Below are positions 9,435-17,913 of a DNA stretch of 64,000 nt, piece by piece. Each line of letters begins with the position of its first letter. Position 1 is the stretch's first letter. The translations under genes and the position numbers were made by a program. Under the pieces are notes generated by a model. It was given only the letters and a program-made list of their open reading frames with translations. It did no database searches and had not been told where the DNA came from. Source of the stretch: Alkalispirochaeta sp. (GTDB lineage Bacteria > Spirochaetota > Spirochaetia > DSM-27196 > Alkalispirochaetaceae); the NCBI GenBank assembly GCA_965242725.1, contig CBDESZ010000004.1:366195-430194 (forward strand). Reading direction: 5' to 3'.

Positions 9435-11026
9435 AGTTCGGGGCGATTCCGGTGGCGACGGCGGCCGGCGCGATCCTGGCGCACTCGCAACGGCTGGCCG
9501 ACGGGGTGTTGAAAAAAGGCCGGGTGCTGAGCGAGGCCGACGTGGCGGCGCTGGCGGCGGCGGGGTTGGACGAGGTGGTGGCGGCGCGCCTGGAGCCGGG
9601 GGACTTGGCGGAAGACGCCGCGGCGGATCGGGTGGCGCGGGCGATCGGCGGGCCGGGTTTGACGCAGACGGCGCCGTTTGCCGGGCGCTGCAACCTGGTG
9701 GCGTCGGCGGACGGGGTGATGGTGGTCGACCGGGCGACGGTCGACGCGCTGAACGCCATCGACGAGGGCCTGACCATCGCGACGGTGGCACCGTATGCGC
9801 TGGTGCGGGCGCGGCAACTGGTGGCGACGGTCAAGGTGATCCCGTTCGCGGTGCATGAACGGACGGTGCAGCAATGGTGCGACGCGGGCGCGGCGTTGCG
9901 GCTGGCGCCGCTGGTGCCGCGGGACGTGGCGCTGATCCAAACGCGGTTGCCGGGGACGCGGGAAGCGGTGCTGGACAAGACGTCGAAGGTGACGGCGGCG
10001 CGCCTGACGGAGCTGGGTAGCCGATTGCGGCGGGACGAGCGCTGCGACCATGACGCGGCGGCGCTGGCGGCGGCGATCGGCGAGGCGGCGGACTGCGACG
10101 TGATCCTGATCAGCGGGGCGTCGGCGATCGTCGACCGGCGTGACGTGGTACCGGCGGGGCTGGTGGCGGCGGGCGGCACGGTGACGCATTTCGGCATGCC
10201 GGTGGACCCGGGCAACCTGATGCTGACGGGGTCGCTCGACGAGCGGCCGGTGCTGGGGCTGCCGGGGTGCGCGCGATCGCCGAAGCTGAACGGGCTGGAC
10301 TGGGTGCTGTGGCGTCTGTTCGCCGGGCTGCCGGTGGACGGCGCCGGGATCGCCGGCATGGGAGTCGGCGGGTTGCTGAAGGAAATCCCGTCACGGCCGC
10401 AGCCGCGGCAGTCGACGGCACCGGCGCCGGGCAGCTTGCCGCGGGTGGCGGCGGTGGTGCTGGCGGCGGGTCAATCGCGGCGCATGGGGGCGACCAACAA
10501 ACTGCTGGCCCCGGTCGACGGGCGGCCGATGGTGCGGCACGCGGTCGACGCGGCGCTGGCCAGCCAAGCCGACCCGGTGGTGGTGGTGACCGGCCACGAC
10601 GCCGCGTCGGTGCGGCAAGCGCTGGACGGCCTGGACGTGCGGTTCGCCGACAACCGCGATTACGGCGACGGGTTAAGCAGCTCACTTAAGGCGGGGATCG
10701 CGGCGGTGGGCGATGCCGACGGCGCCGTGGTGCTGCTGGGCGACATGCCACGAGTGACGGCGGCGCATATCGATACGCTGATCGCCGCGTTCGACCCGGT
10801 GGAAGGGCGCGGTATCTGCGTGCCTACGTGGCAGGGGGCGCGGGGCAACCCGGTGTTGTGGGGCCGGGCGTACTTCGGCGAGATCGCGGCGATCACCGGC
10901 GACGTGGGGGCCAAGCACTTGATCGGGGCCAACGCGGAAGCGGTGGCCGAGGTGGCGTTGGATTCCGACGCGGTGCTGGTCGACGTGGACACGCCGGACG
11001 CGCTGGCGGCGCTAATCGGCGACTGA
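9431..11026 (+). CDS. Molybdopterin-binding domain fused to MocA-like molybdenum cofactor cytidylyltransferase
   Basis: GMPVDPGNL and GLPGCARSP; C-terminal VLAAGQSRRMG..NKLL, LGDMP, GNPVLW, DVDTP. Confidence 0.88.
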   Translation: MKFGAIPVATAAGAILAHSQRLADGVLKKGRVLSEADVAALAAAGLDEVVAARLEPGDLAEDAAADRVARAIGGPGLTQTAPFAGRCNLVASADGVMVVDRATVDALNAIDEGLTIATVAPYALVRARQLVATVKVIPFAVHERTVQQWCDAGAALRLAPLVPRDVALIQTRLPGTREAVLDKTSKVTAARLTELGSRLRRDERCDHDAAALAAAIGEAADCDVILISGASAIVDRRDVVPAGLVAAGGTVTHFGMPVDPGNLMLTGSLDERPVLGLPGCARSPKLNGLDWVLWRLFAGLPVDGAGIAGMGVGGLLKEIPSRPQPRQSTAPAPGSLPRVAAVVLAAGQSRRMGATNKLLAPVDGRPMVRHAVDAALASQADPVVVVTGHDAASVRQALDGLDVRFADNRDYGDGLSSSLKAGIAAVGDADGAVVLLGDMPRVTAAHIDTLIAAFDPVEGRGICVPTWQGARGNPVLWGRAYFGEIAAITGDVGAKHLIGANAEAVAEVALDSDAVLVDVDTPDALAALIGD

Positions 11027-11031
11027 CGCAG

Positions 11032-11727
11032 CTAACGCACCATGGCGTCGAACAGGCGGGCGGCGGCGGGGCCGGACAGCGATTGCAGGAAGTGCCCCTC
11101 CCCCGGTGCGACGAACAACAAAGGTTCCTGACCGAGGTCGCGCAGGGCGGCGTCGACGCGGCGGGCGTTGTCGATCCAGCCGCGATCTTCGGCACCGACG
11201 AACAGCGAAACGTTGATGCCGTCGAGGGCGGCGAGGTTGGCGAAATCCTGCTCGGCCGGCGGAAAGCCGGGCACGACGGTCAGCGAGCGGACCTGATCCG
11301 GGTGGTCCAAGGCGGCGCGGAAGGCGCTGAGGCCGCCGTTGCTGACGCCGGCGACGTCGAGGCGGCCGTCGCGGACGCGGAAGCTGGTCAGCAAATGATC
11401 GAACAGCGGTGGGATGTGGCGGGCGGCGTCGCGGAAGAACAGGCCGCCGGGGGTCTCGGGGCTGACGACGATGAAGCCGCGGGCGGCGCCCTCGGCCTCC
11501 CAATAGGACGCGAGGCCGGCGTCGACCATGGCGCGATCCTGGCTGCCCGGCGGAAACGCCAGCAGCAGTGGGTAGGTGTTGTCGGGGCGGAAACCGTCGG
11601 GCACCGCGATCGCGTAGGTGAGGTCGGTGCCGTCGGGCAAGGTGACGGTCTCGAACTCTGCGGCGTGGGCGTGGGCGGGGGCGGCGAGCAGGAAACTCGC
11701 GAGGAGGATTTTACGTATCACTGACAT
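11032..11727 (-). CDS. Secreted alpha/beta-hydrolase (esterase-like)
   Basis: Signal peptide ending AHA; nucleophile elbow GVSNGG; GAED and GEGH. Confidence 0.7.
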   Translation of the reverse strand: MSVIRKILLASFLLAAPAHAHAAEFETVTLPDGTDLTYAIAVPDGFRPDNTYPLLLAFPPGSQDRAMVDAGLASYWEAEGAARGFIVVSPETPGGLFFRDAARHIPPLFDHLLTSFRVRDGRLDVAGVSNGGLSAFRAALDHPDQVRSLTVVPGFPPAEQDFANLAALDGINVSLFVGAEDRGWIDNARRVDAALRDLGQEPLLFVAPGEGHFLQSLSGPAAARLFDAMVR

Positions 11728-11811
11728 AAGCCCGACGACAGCCGATCGTCGGGAGCGCCGCAAGGGAGGCGGCATCAAACAATGGTGAGGGAAATGGCGG
11801 AGAGGCGCGGG

Positions 11812-12216
11812 TTAGGCGAGGGAATCGAGCAGGGTGCCGGAAAGCTCGTCGGCGACGCGGAGGACGGCGGCGCTGGCCTTGTAGGCATGCTCGGCCTGGG
11901 CCAACTCGACGACGCTGGTGACGAGGTCGACGTTGGCGAGGCCGACGAGGCCGTCGGCGTTGGCATCGGGGTGGCCGGGGTCGAACACCGGCTGAAACGG
12001 CGGGTCGACGGGCACGCGGTTGACCACCGGCAACCCGGTGGGCCCGGTGGTCTGGACAGCGCGGCCGGGCGTGTAGGCGGCCGCGGCCGCCGCCGGATCG
12101 ACGGGCGGGTCGAGGGAGCGCGTGGTGCGGGCGTTGGCGATGTTGTCCGCGGCGATGGAGGCGCGGGCGCCGGCGGCCCGCAAGCCCGCCGCGGCACTGC
12201 TGAATAGGTCCGCCAT
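11812..12216 (-). CDS. Orphan FlgC-like flagellar basal-body rod protein
   Basis: ADNIANA; FDPGHPDANADGLV..NVDL; C-terminal rod helix. Confidence 0.75.
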   Translation of the reverse strand: MADLFSSAAAGLRAAGARASIAADNIANARTTRSLDPPVDPAAAAAAYTPGRAVQTTGPTGLPVVNRVPVDPPFQPVFDPGHPDANADGLVGLANVDLVTSVVELAQAEHAYKASAAVLRVADELSGTLLDSLA

Positions 12217-12384
12217 GGCGGCATTATCCGGCCATACAACGACGCCGTTCAACGCCTATCGCCGCGGGTTCGAGGTGAATTTGGCGGGCATTTTAGGGAG
12301 CGGCCGGGCGGCGCGGATGGCGGCTCCCACCGCCGGATTGGGCGGGTTACGGCGAGTCGGGTTAACTGTGTTAGCGTCGCGGGC

Positions 12385-14187
12385 ATGGTGAGCGATACGG
12401 CGGCGGCGCCACCCTCGGGCGGGGCGTTTCAGGGATTGAAGGAAGGGCTGCGCCGGGTACGGGCGCGGGACATCCGGCTGTGGAGCGGGCTGGTGATGAT
12501 GGCGTTCGTCACCACGCACCTGCTGAACCTGAGCCTGGGGTTGATCTCCCTCGACGCGCTGGAGGGGGGGCGGATCGCCTTCCTGACGGTGTGGCGCGCC
12601 GAGCCGATATCAATCCTGCTGTTCGCGTCGATCCTGAGCCATATCGGGCTGGGGCTATGGGCGCTGTACCAACGGCAGACGTTGCGGATGCGGCCGTCGG
12701 AGGCGGCGCAGTTGGTGCTCGGCCTGCTGATCCCGTTCCTGCTGGTGCCGCACATCATCGGTACGGCGATCGCGGCGCGGTCGTTCGGGATGGACGACAG
12801 CTATTTGCTGATCATCAATAGCCTATGGGTCGACGGGCGCAACCACGGGCTGATGCAGGTGACGGCGACGATCGTGGTGTGGGCGCACGGCTGTATCGGC
12901 GTGCACATGTGGCTGCGGCTGAAGCCGTGGTACCGGCGTTGGCAATCGGTGCTGTACGGCGGGGCGCTGTTGCTGCCGGTGGTGTCGCTGCTGGGCTACG
13001 TGTCGGCGGGGCGGCGGGTGGCGGCACTGGCGGCGCAGGAGGGCTGGCGCGAGGCGCTGTGGCTGGCGTCGAACGCGCCCGACGCAGACGGGTTGGCGTC
13101 ACTGGCGGCAACGGGGCAGACCCTGACGGCGATCAGCGCCGGGCTGATCGTCGTGACCCTGGCCGGGCGGGGGGTGCGCAAGGCGGTGCAGGCGCGGCGC
13201 GGCGTGGTGCGAGTGAGCTATCCCGAACGGCGGCAGGTGTCGATGGTCAAGGGGCCGACGATCCTGGACGCGAGCCGGGCCAACAACATTCCCCATGCCC
13301 ACGTGTGCGGCGGCCGGGGGCGGTGTTCGACGTGCCGGGTGCGGGTGATCGAGGGCGGCGAGAACCTGAGCGAGGCGTCGGCGGACGAGCAGAAGGTGCT
13401 GCGCCGGGTGAGCGCGGCGCCGGACGTGCGGTTGGCGTGCCAGGCGGTGCCGCTGGGCGACGTCACGGTGGCGCCGCTGCTGCCGGCGGACGCGAGCGCG
13501 CGGAAGGGCCACGCCCAGACGGCGGCGATGCGCGGGCAGGAGCGGGAAATCGCGATCATGTTCGTCGACATCCGCAAGTTCACGACGCTGTCGGAGAAGA
13601 AGCTGCCGTACGACGTGGTGTTCATCTTGAACCGATACTTCGCGGGGATGGGCGAGGCCATCGAGGCGGCCGGCGGGCACGTGGACAAGTTCATCGGCGA
13701 CGGGGTGATGGCGCTGTTCGGGATCAACGAGCGGCCGATGGCGGCGTGCGCGCAAGCGCTGAACGCGGCGCGGGCGATCTCGGAGAAGCTGGACAGCCTC
13801 AACGGCCTGCTGGCGAGCGACTTGCCGGCGCCGTTGCAGATCGGCATCGGCATTCACTCGGGGCCGGCGATTGTCGGCGAAATGGGCTACCGGGAAGCGA
13901 CGTCGGTGACGGCGATCGGCGACGCGGTCAACACGGCGAGCCGGCTGGAGGCGGTGACCAAGGAATACGGCGCTCAGCTGGTGGTGTCGCAGCACGTGGC
14001 CGACATGGCGGACGCGGACCTGTCGGCGTATCCGAGCGCGGCGCAGGAGATCCGCGGCCGGGTCGAACCGCTGACGGTGCGGATCGTGGCCGACGCCAGC
14101 GAACTGCCGGCGGTGGCGGTGCCAACGCGCCGCCGACGGGCGCGCGGGGGGCAACGCGACCAGAGGGCGCCCGAGACCGCGTCATGA
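12385..14187 (+). CDS. Class III adenylate/guanylate cyclase with His-containing multi-TM domain and 2Fe-2S ferredoxin domain (CyaC-like)
   Basis: TM histidines (TTH, LSH, VPH, WAH); CGGRGRCSTC...RLAC; FVDIRKFT, DKFIGDG, IGDAVNTASRLE. Confidence 0.9.
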   Translation: MVSDTAAAPPSGGAFQGLKEGLRRVRARDIRLWSGLVMMAFVTTHLLNLSLGLISLDALEGGRIAFLTVWRAEPISILLFASILSHIGLGLWALYQRQTLRMRPSEAAQLVLGLLIPFLLVPHIIGTAIAARSFGMDDSYLLIINSLWVDGRNHGLMQVTATIVVWAHGCIGVHMWLRLKPWYRRWQSVLYGGALLLPVVSLLGYVSAGRRVAALAAQEGWREALWLASNAPDADGLASLAATGQTLTAISAGLIVVTLAGRGVRKAVQARRGVVRVSYPERRQVSMVKGPTILDASRANNIPHAHVCGGRGRCSTCRVRVIEGGENLSEASADEQKVLRRVSAAPDVRLACQAVPLGDVTVAPLLPADASARKGHAQTAAMRGQEREIAIMFVDIRKFTTLSEKKLPYDVVFILNRYFAGMGEAIEAAGGHVDKFIGDGVMALFGINERPMAACAQALNAARAISEKLDSLNGLLASDLPAPLQIGIGIHSGPAIVGEMGYREATSVTAIGDAVNTASRLEAVTKEYGAQLVVSQHVADMADADLSAYPSAAQEIRGRVEPLTVRIVADASELPAVAVPTRRRRARGGQRDQRAPETAS

Positions 14188-14906
14188 TCGTGCTGTTCAC
14201 CGACTTCGGCCGCGACGGGCCGTATGTCGGGCAAATGCACGCGGCGGTACGGGCGGTGACGCCGGACGCGACGATCATCGACCTGATGCATGACGCGCCG
14301 GTCAGCAACCCGCGGCTGGCGGCGTATCTGTTGGCGGCGTATGTGGGGCCGATGGCGGGCGCAAAGGTGTTCGTTTGCGTCGTCGACCCGGGGGTCGGCG
14401 GGGCGCGGGCGCCGGTGGCGCTGAACGCCGACGGCATTTGGTACGTGGGGCCGGACAATGGGCTGCTGGCGGTGGTGGCGCGGCGGGCGGCGGACGCCGC
14501 GTGGCACGACATCGCCTGGCGGCCGGCGGTGATGAGCGCGACGTTTCACGGGCGCGACCTGTTCGCGCCGGTGGCAGCGCAGATCGCCACCGGAACGCTG
14601 ACGGAGCTGCGGCCACGGGACGGCGGCGCGGTGGGCGAGGACTGGCCGGACGACCTGGCGGCGGTGTGTCAGATCGACCGGTTCGGCAACGTGATCACCG
14701 GCACGCGGGCGGCAATGGTCGACCGGGACGCAGTGGTGACGGTGGGTGGCAAACGGCTGCGCTATGCCCGGACGTTCGGCGAGGTGCCTACCGGGGAGCC
14801 GCTGTGGACGGAGAACGCCAACGGCCTGCTGGAGTTGGCGGTCAATCAGGGGCGGGCAGACGTGGTGCTGGGCCTGGGGCTAGGCGACGGCATCGTCGTC
14901 GGCTGA
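14184..14906 (+). CDS. SAM hydrolase/SAM-dependent halogenase family protein (DUF62)
   Basis: FTDFG, VVDPGVG, GPDNGL, SATFHGRDLFAP, DRFGN, LELAVNQG. Confidence 0.9.
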   Translation: MIVLFTDFGRDGPYVGQMHAAVRAVTPDATIIDLMHDAPVSNPRLAAYLLAAYVGPMAGAKVFVCVVDPGVGGARAPVALNADGIWYVGPDNGLLAVVARRAADAAWHDIAWRPAVMSATFHGRDLFAPVAAQIATGTLTELRPRDGGAVGEDWPDDLAAVCQIDRFGNVITGTRAAMVDRDAVVTVGGKRLRYARTFGEVPTGEPLWTENANGLLELAVNQGRADVVLGLGLGDGIVVG

Positions 14907-15631
14907 CAAAGGGCCGAGACGCCGTTGCGGTTGTCGGCGACGTCAATGCCGAGGCTTGATGGCGCCTGGGCGAACAGCTGTTGCGCCATGGCGCAATCGC
15001 CGATCCGGAGTTCGCTCAAGATCCACGCCTGATACGCGTTTTGGGCGACGGGGCGGGCGGCCAGACCGCCGCTCATGTCGGCTAGCTCAAGGGCCTCGCT
15101 GAAGGCGGCGCGGTAGGCCGTCGGGTCGCCGCCGGCGGCGGCGAGGGCGGTGGCATAGCCCCAGGTTGCCTCGGCGCGGGCGAGAATGGTGTCGGCGCGG
15201 CGGCGGGACATGTCGAAGTACCTGACGGCGGTGCGCATGTCGCCGATTTCCATGAATTCGGACGCGAGCGCGAGGTAGTGGGAGAAGCTGAATTGATGGT
15301 CGGCGCGCTCAATAATCGTGCTGGCGTCGCTGACGAGGGCGATCTTTTCGGTGCGCAGTTGCCGGACGATGGCGCGCCCATCATGGGTGGACCCGGCGGC
15401 ACTCAACTGGCGATTGATGTCGCCGACGCGGGTGACGATTTGGGCGATGCGTTGGGTTTGCGCCAGACGCTCGGCGGCGGGGCCGGCGATTGAATGCTGC
15501 CAGGCGGCGAAACCGGCGACGGCTAGGGAAACCAACAACGCGACGACGGCGACCAGGGCGGCGGTGTGATCGCGGTGGGGTACGCGATCGACAACGCGCG
15601 CGGTCGGCGGCGTTTGGTTCGCTCGGCGCAT
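14846..15631 (-). CDS. Hypothetical membrane-anchored helical (TPR-like) protein
   Basis: 261-aa ORF with an N-terminal TM helix and helical repeats; 3' end overlaps the DUF62 gene by 61 bp. Confidence 0.5.
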   Translation of the reverse strand: MRRANQTPPTARVVDRVPHRDHTAALVAVVALLVSLAVAGFAAWQHSIAGPAAERLAQTQRIAQIVTRVGDINRQLSAAGSTHDGRAIVRQLRTEKIALVSDASTIIERADHQFSFSHYLALASEFMEIGDMRTAVRYFDMSRRRADTILARAEATWGYATALAAAGGDPTAYRAAFSEALELADMSGGLAARPVAQNAYQAWILSELRIGDCAMAQQLFAQAPSSLGIDVADNRNGVSALCQPTTMPSPSPRPSTTSARP

Positions 15632-15799
15632 TTCCGCGATGATCCCATCGCAAGGGGTCGGGCGCGGCCCCCGTTTGGGTGACGGTAGCTAAAAAGATAT
15701 TGGTGGCATGTGGGTGGCAGTCGGGTGGCAGATGGCTGGCAAAAACGGGTGCATTCGGTCCGGGGCTGTGGTTTAGTCCGTCGCGGAAGGAGAACAAAT

Positions 15800-16225
15800 A
15801 TGGAACAAAGAGTCAGCTTGATCACCCTGGGGGTGGCGGATTTGGCGCGAGCGAAGGGGTTTTACGAGGGTGTGTTGGGCTGGCAGGCGAAGGACGGGCC
15901 GCCGGGAGTGGTGTTCTTCGACCTGGGCGGGTTGGTGTTCGGGCTTTACCCGCACGATGCGCTGGCGGCGGAGATGGGGCTCGAGGTCGGGACCCTGGGC
16001 CGCTACCGGGGTGGCACCCTGGCGCACAACTTGCGCAGCGAGGCGGACGTCGACGACCTGTTCGTGCGGCTGGCGCAGCGCGACGTGACGATCCTGAAGA
16101 TGCCGGAGAAGGTGTTCTGGGGCGGCTACTCGGGATACTTCGCCGACCCGGACGGCCACATCTGGGAGGCGGCGTTCAATCCGTTTTGGCCGCTGGACGA
16201 CGCCGGGCGGGTGTCGTTGCCTTAA
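15800..16225 (+). CDS. VOC/glyoxalase family protein
   Basis: SLITLGVADL..A..FY; FWGGYSGYFADPDGHIWE; AAGGAG RBS. Confidence 0.9.
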   Translation: MEQRVSLITLGVADLARAKGFYEGVLGWQAKDGPPGVVFFDLGGLVFGLYPHDALAAEMGLEVGTLGRYRGGTLAHNLRSEADVDDLFVRLAQRDVTILKMPEKVFWGGYSGYFADPDGHIWEAAFNPFWPLDDAGRVSLP

Positions 16226-16232
16226 CCGGACG

Positions 16233-17024
16233 TCAAGTCGCCTTCATGGCGCCGCCGTCGACGGCGATGAGGGAGCCGGTGACGTAGCTGGCCGGTTCGC
16301 CGGCGAGGAAGGCGGCGACGGCGGCGAACTCCTGGACGGAGCCATAGCGCGCGGCGGGGATTTGCGCCTTGGTGGCGGCCTCAATTTCGGCGAGGGACTG
16401 GCCGGTGCGCTCGGCGGTGGCGGCGTCGAGTTCGCCGATGCGGTCGGTGGCGATGCGGCCGGGCATGATGACGTTCATGGTGACGCCGTCGGCGGCGACG
16501 GCGAGGCTCAGGGTCTTGGACCAATTGGTGATGGCGGCGCGAATGGTGTTGGAGATGCCGAGCACCGGGATCGGCTGGCGGACGCCGGACGAGGCGACGG
16601 TGATGACGCGGCCCCAGCCGTTGGCGCGCATGGCCGGCAGCAACCGGGTGGTGAGGGTCATCAGGCTCAAGAACATGGCCTGAAACTGGGCCTGCCAGAG
16701 GTCGGCGGCGACATCGGCGATGGGACCGGGCGGCGGGCCGCCGGTGTTGTTGACGAGGATGTCGACGCGGCCGTCGAAGGCGGCCAGGGCGGCGTCGGCC
16801 AAGGCGTCGACCTGACCGGGGTCGGCGACGTCGCAGGCGTGGGGCACGACGCGGACGCCGTGGTCGGCGGCCATGGTTTCGGCGTTGGCTTGCAGGCGGT
16901 CGAGGTTGCGGCTGGCGATCATCAGGTTGGCGCCCTCGGCCGCCAGAGCCTCGGCGATGCCGGCGCCGATGCCGCGGCTGGCGCCCAACACGAGCGCCGA
17001 CTTGCCGTTTAGTCCGAGATCCAT
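16233..17024 (-). CDS. SDR family oxidoreductase
   Basis: GASRGIG, NNTGGPP, SNTIR, PGRIATDR. Confidence 0.9.
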   Translation of the reverse strand: MDLGLNGKSALVLGASRGIGAGIAEALAAEGANLMIASRNLDRLQANAETMAADHGVRVVPHACDVADPGQVDALADAALAAFDGRVDILVNNTGGPPPGPIADVAADLWQAQFQAMFLSLMTLTTRLLPAMRANGWGRVITVASSGVRQPIPVLGISNTIRAAITNWSKTLSLAVAADGVTMNVIMPGRIATDRIGELDAATAERTGQSLAEIEAATKAQIPAARYGSVQEFAAVAAFLAGEPASYVTGSLIAVDGGAMKAT

Positions 17025-17082
17025 GGCCCCTGCCCTGCTGTCAAAAATCCGGCGCTACGGTGCCGGGGTGACAGACGGCAAG

Positions 17083-17808
17083 TCAAGGGAAGGCGCAGCG
17101 GTCGGCGGTGACGTCGATGAAGGACTGGGCGCCGGGGGTCAGGGTAAAGCGGAACTCGCTGTCGCCGACGACGACGGAATGCTGCAGGGGCAGCACGCCG
17201 CGGGCGGTGCTGATGTCGCCGGAGATGTGGGTGAACTTGGCGGCAACGGGCAACGCCGGGTCGTACCAACCGACCAGTTCGCCGGTGCCGTCGCGGGCGG
17301 CCTCGCCGAGGGCGGTGACGGCGATGGTGTTGTCGGCAAAGCTGACGGTGTCGTTGGAGTTGGTGCCGCCGCCGGCGACGTTGGCGATGAACCGGCGGGT
17401 GGTCGGCTCGACATCGCACTGGCGCACGGGGCTGACATTGGCGATGACAAAGGCGATGCGGTCGCCGGCGACGCCGGCGTCGGCGCGGTCCTGGATCATG
17501 TCGAGCATGTCGCGTTCGCTCGGGGTGGGAATCTGGCGGCGGACCTGGGCAAGCTCGGTGCGGGTGCGGGCCAGTTCGGCGGCCAACTCCTCGACCTGGA
17601 CGCGCAGGCCCTCGGACTGCTGCAGGGTGCCGGTGAGCTGGCCTTGGAGGACGGCGACGTCCTGCTGGGCCAGATCGGTGCCGATGTCGTAGGACCAGGT
17701 GCCCGCGGCGGCGACAACGCCGATGCCGATGGCCCAACGAAACAGTGTCCAGAAATTGCGGCGCCGGCGGCGCACGCGTCCGCGTTCCTCGGACAGACCC
17801 AGGGTCAT
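17083..17808 (-). CDS. Hypothetical protein with TM helix, coiled coil and beta-rich C-terminus
   Basis: Arg-rich N-terminus, TM helix, heptad pattern, two Cys; coding-like codon usage. Confidence 0.6.
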   Translation of the reverse strand: MTLGLSEERGRVRRRRRNFWTLFRWAIGIGVVAAAGTWSYDIGTDLAQQDVAVLQGQLTGTLQQSEGLRVQVEELAAELARTRTELAQVRRQIPTPSERDMLDMIQDRADAGVAGDRIAFVIANVSPVRQCDVEPTTRRFIANVAGGGTNSNDTVSFADNTIAVTALGEAARDGTGELVGWYDPALPVAAKFTHISGDISTARGVLPLQHSVVVGDSEFRFTLTPGAQSFIDVTADRCAFP

Positions 17809-17913
17809 GGTTCCGATATTCCCCTTCGCAATCGACCGAAGTTCTAATGCGGGTGCGGGGCGCGTCGCAAGCGGGCGTCGGTGACAAAGCACGGACGCCC
17901 GCTTGGCACGGGG

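Noticed and set aside
1..11026. Bona fide aerobic CO dehydrogenase (form I)
   Set aside because: No large subunit to inspect and the order is not coxMSL; the substrate cannot be assigned
14184..14906. Fluorinase/chlorinase
   Set aside because: Carries the FHGRD motif and short length typical of the widespread DUF62 hydrolases; no halometabolite cluster nearby
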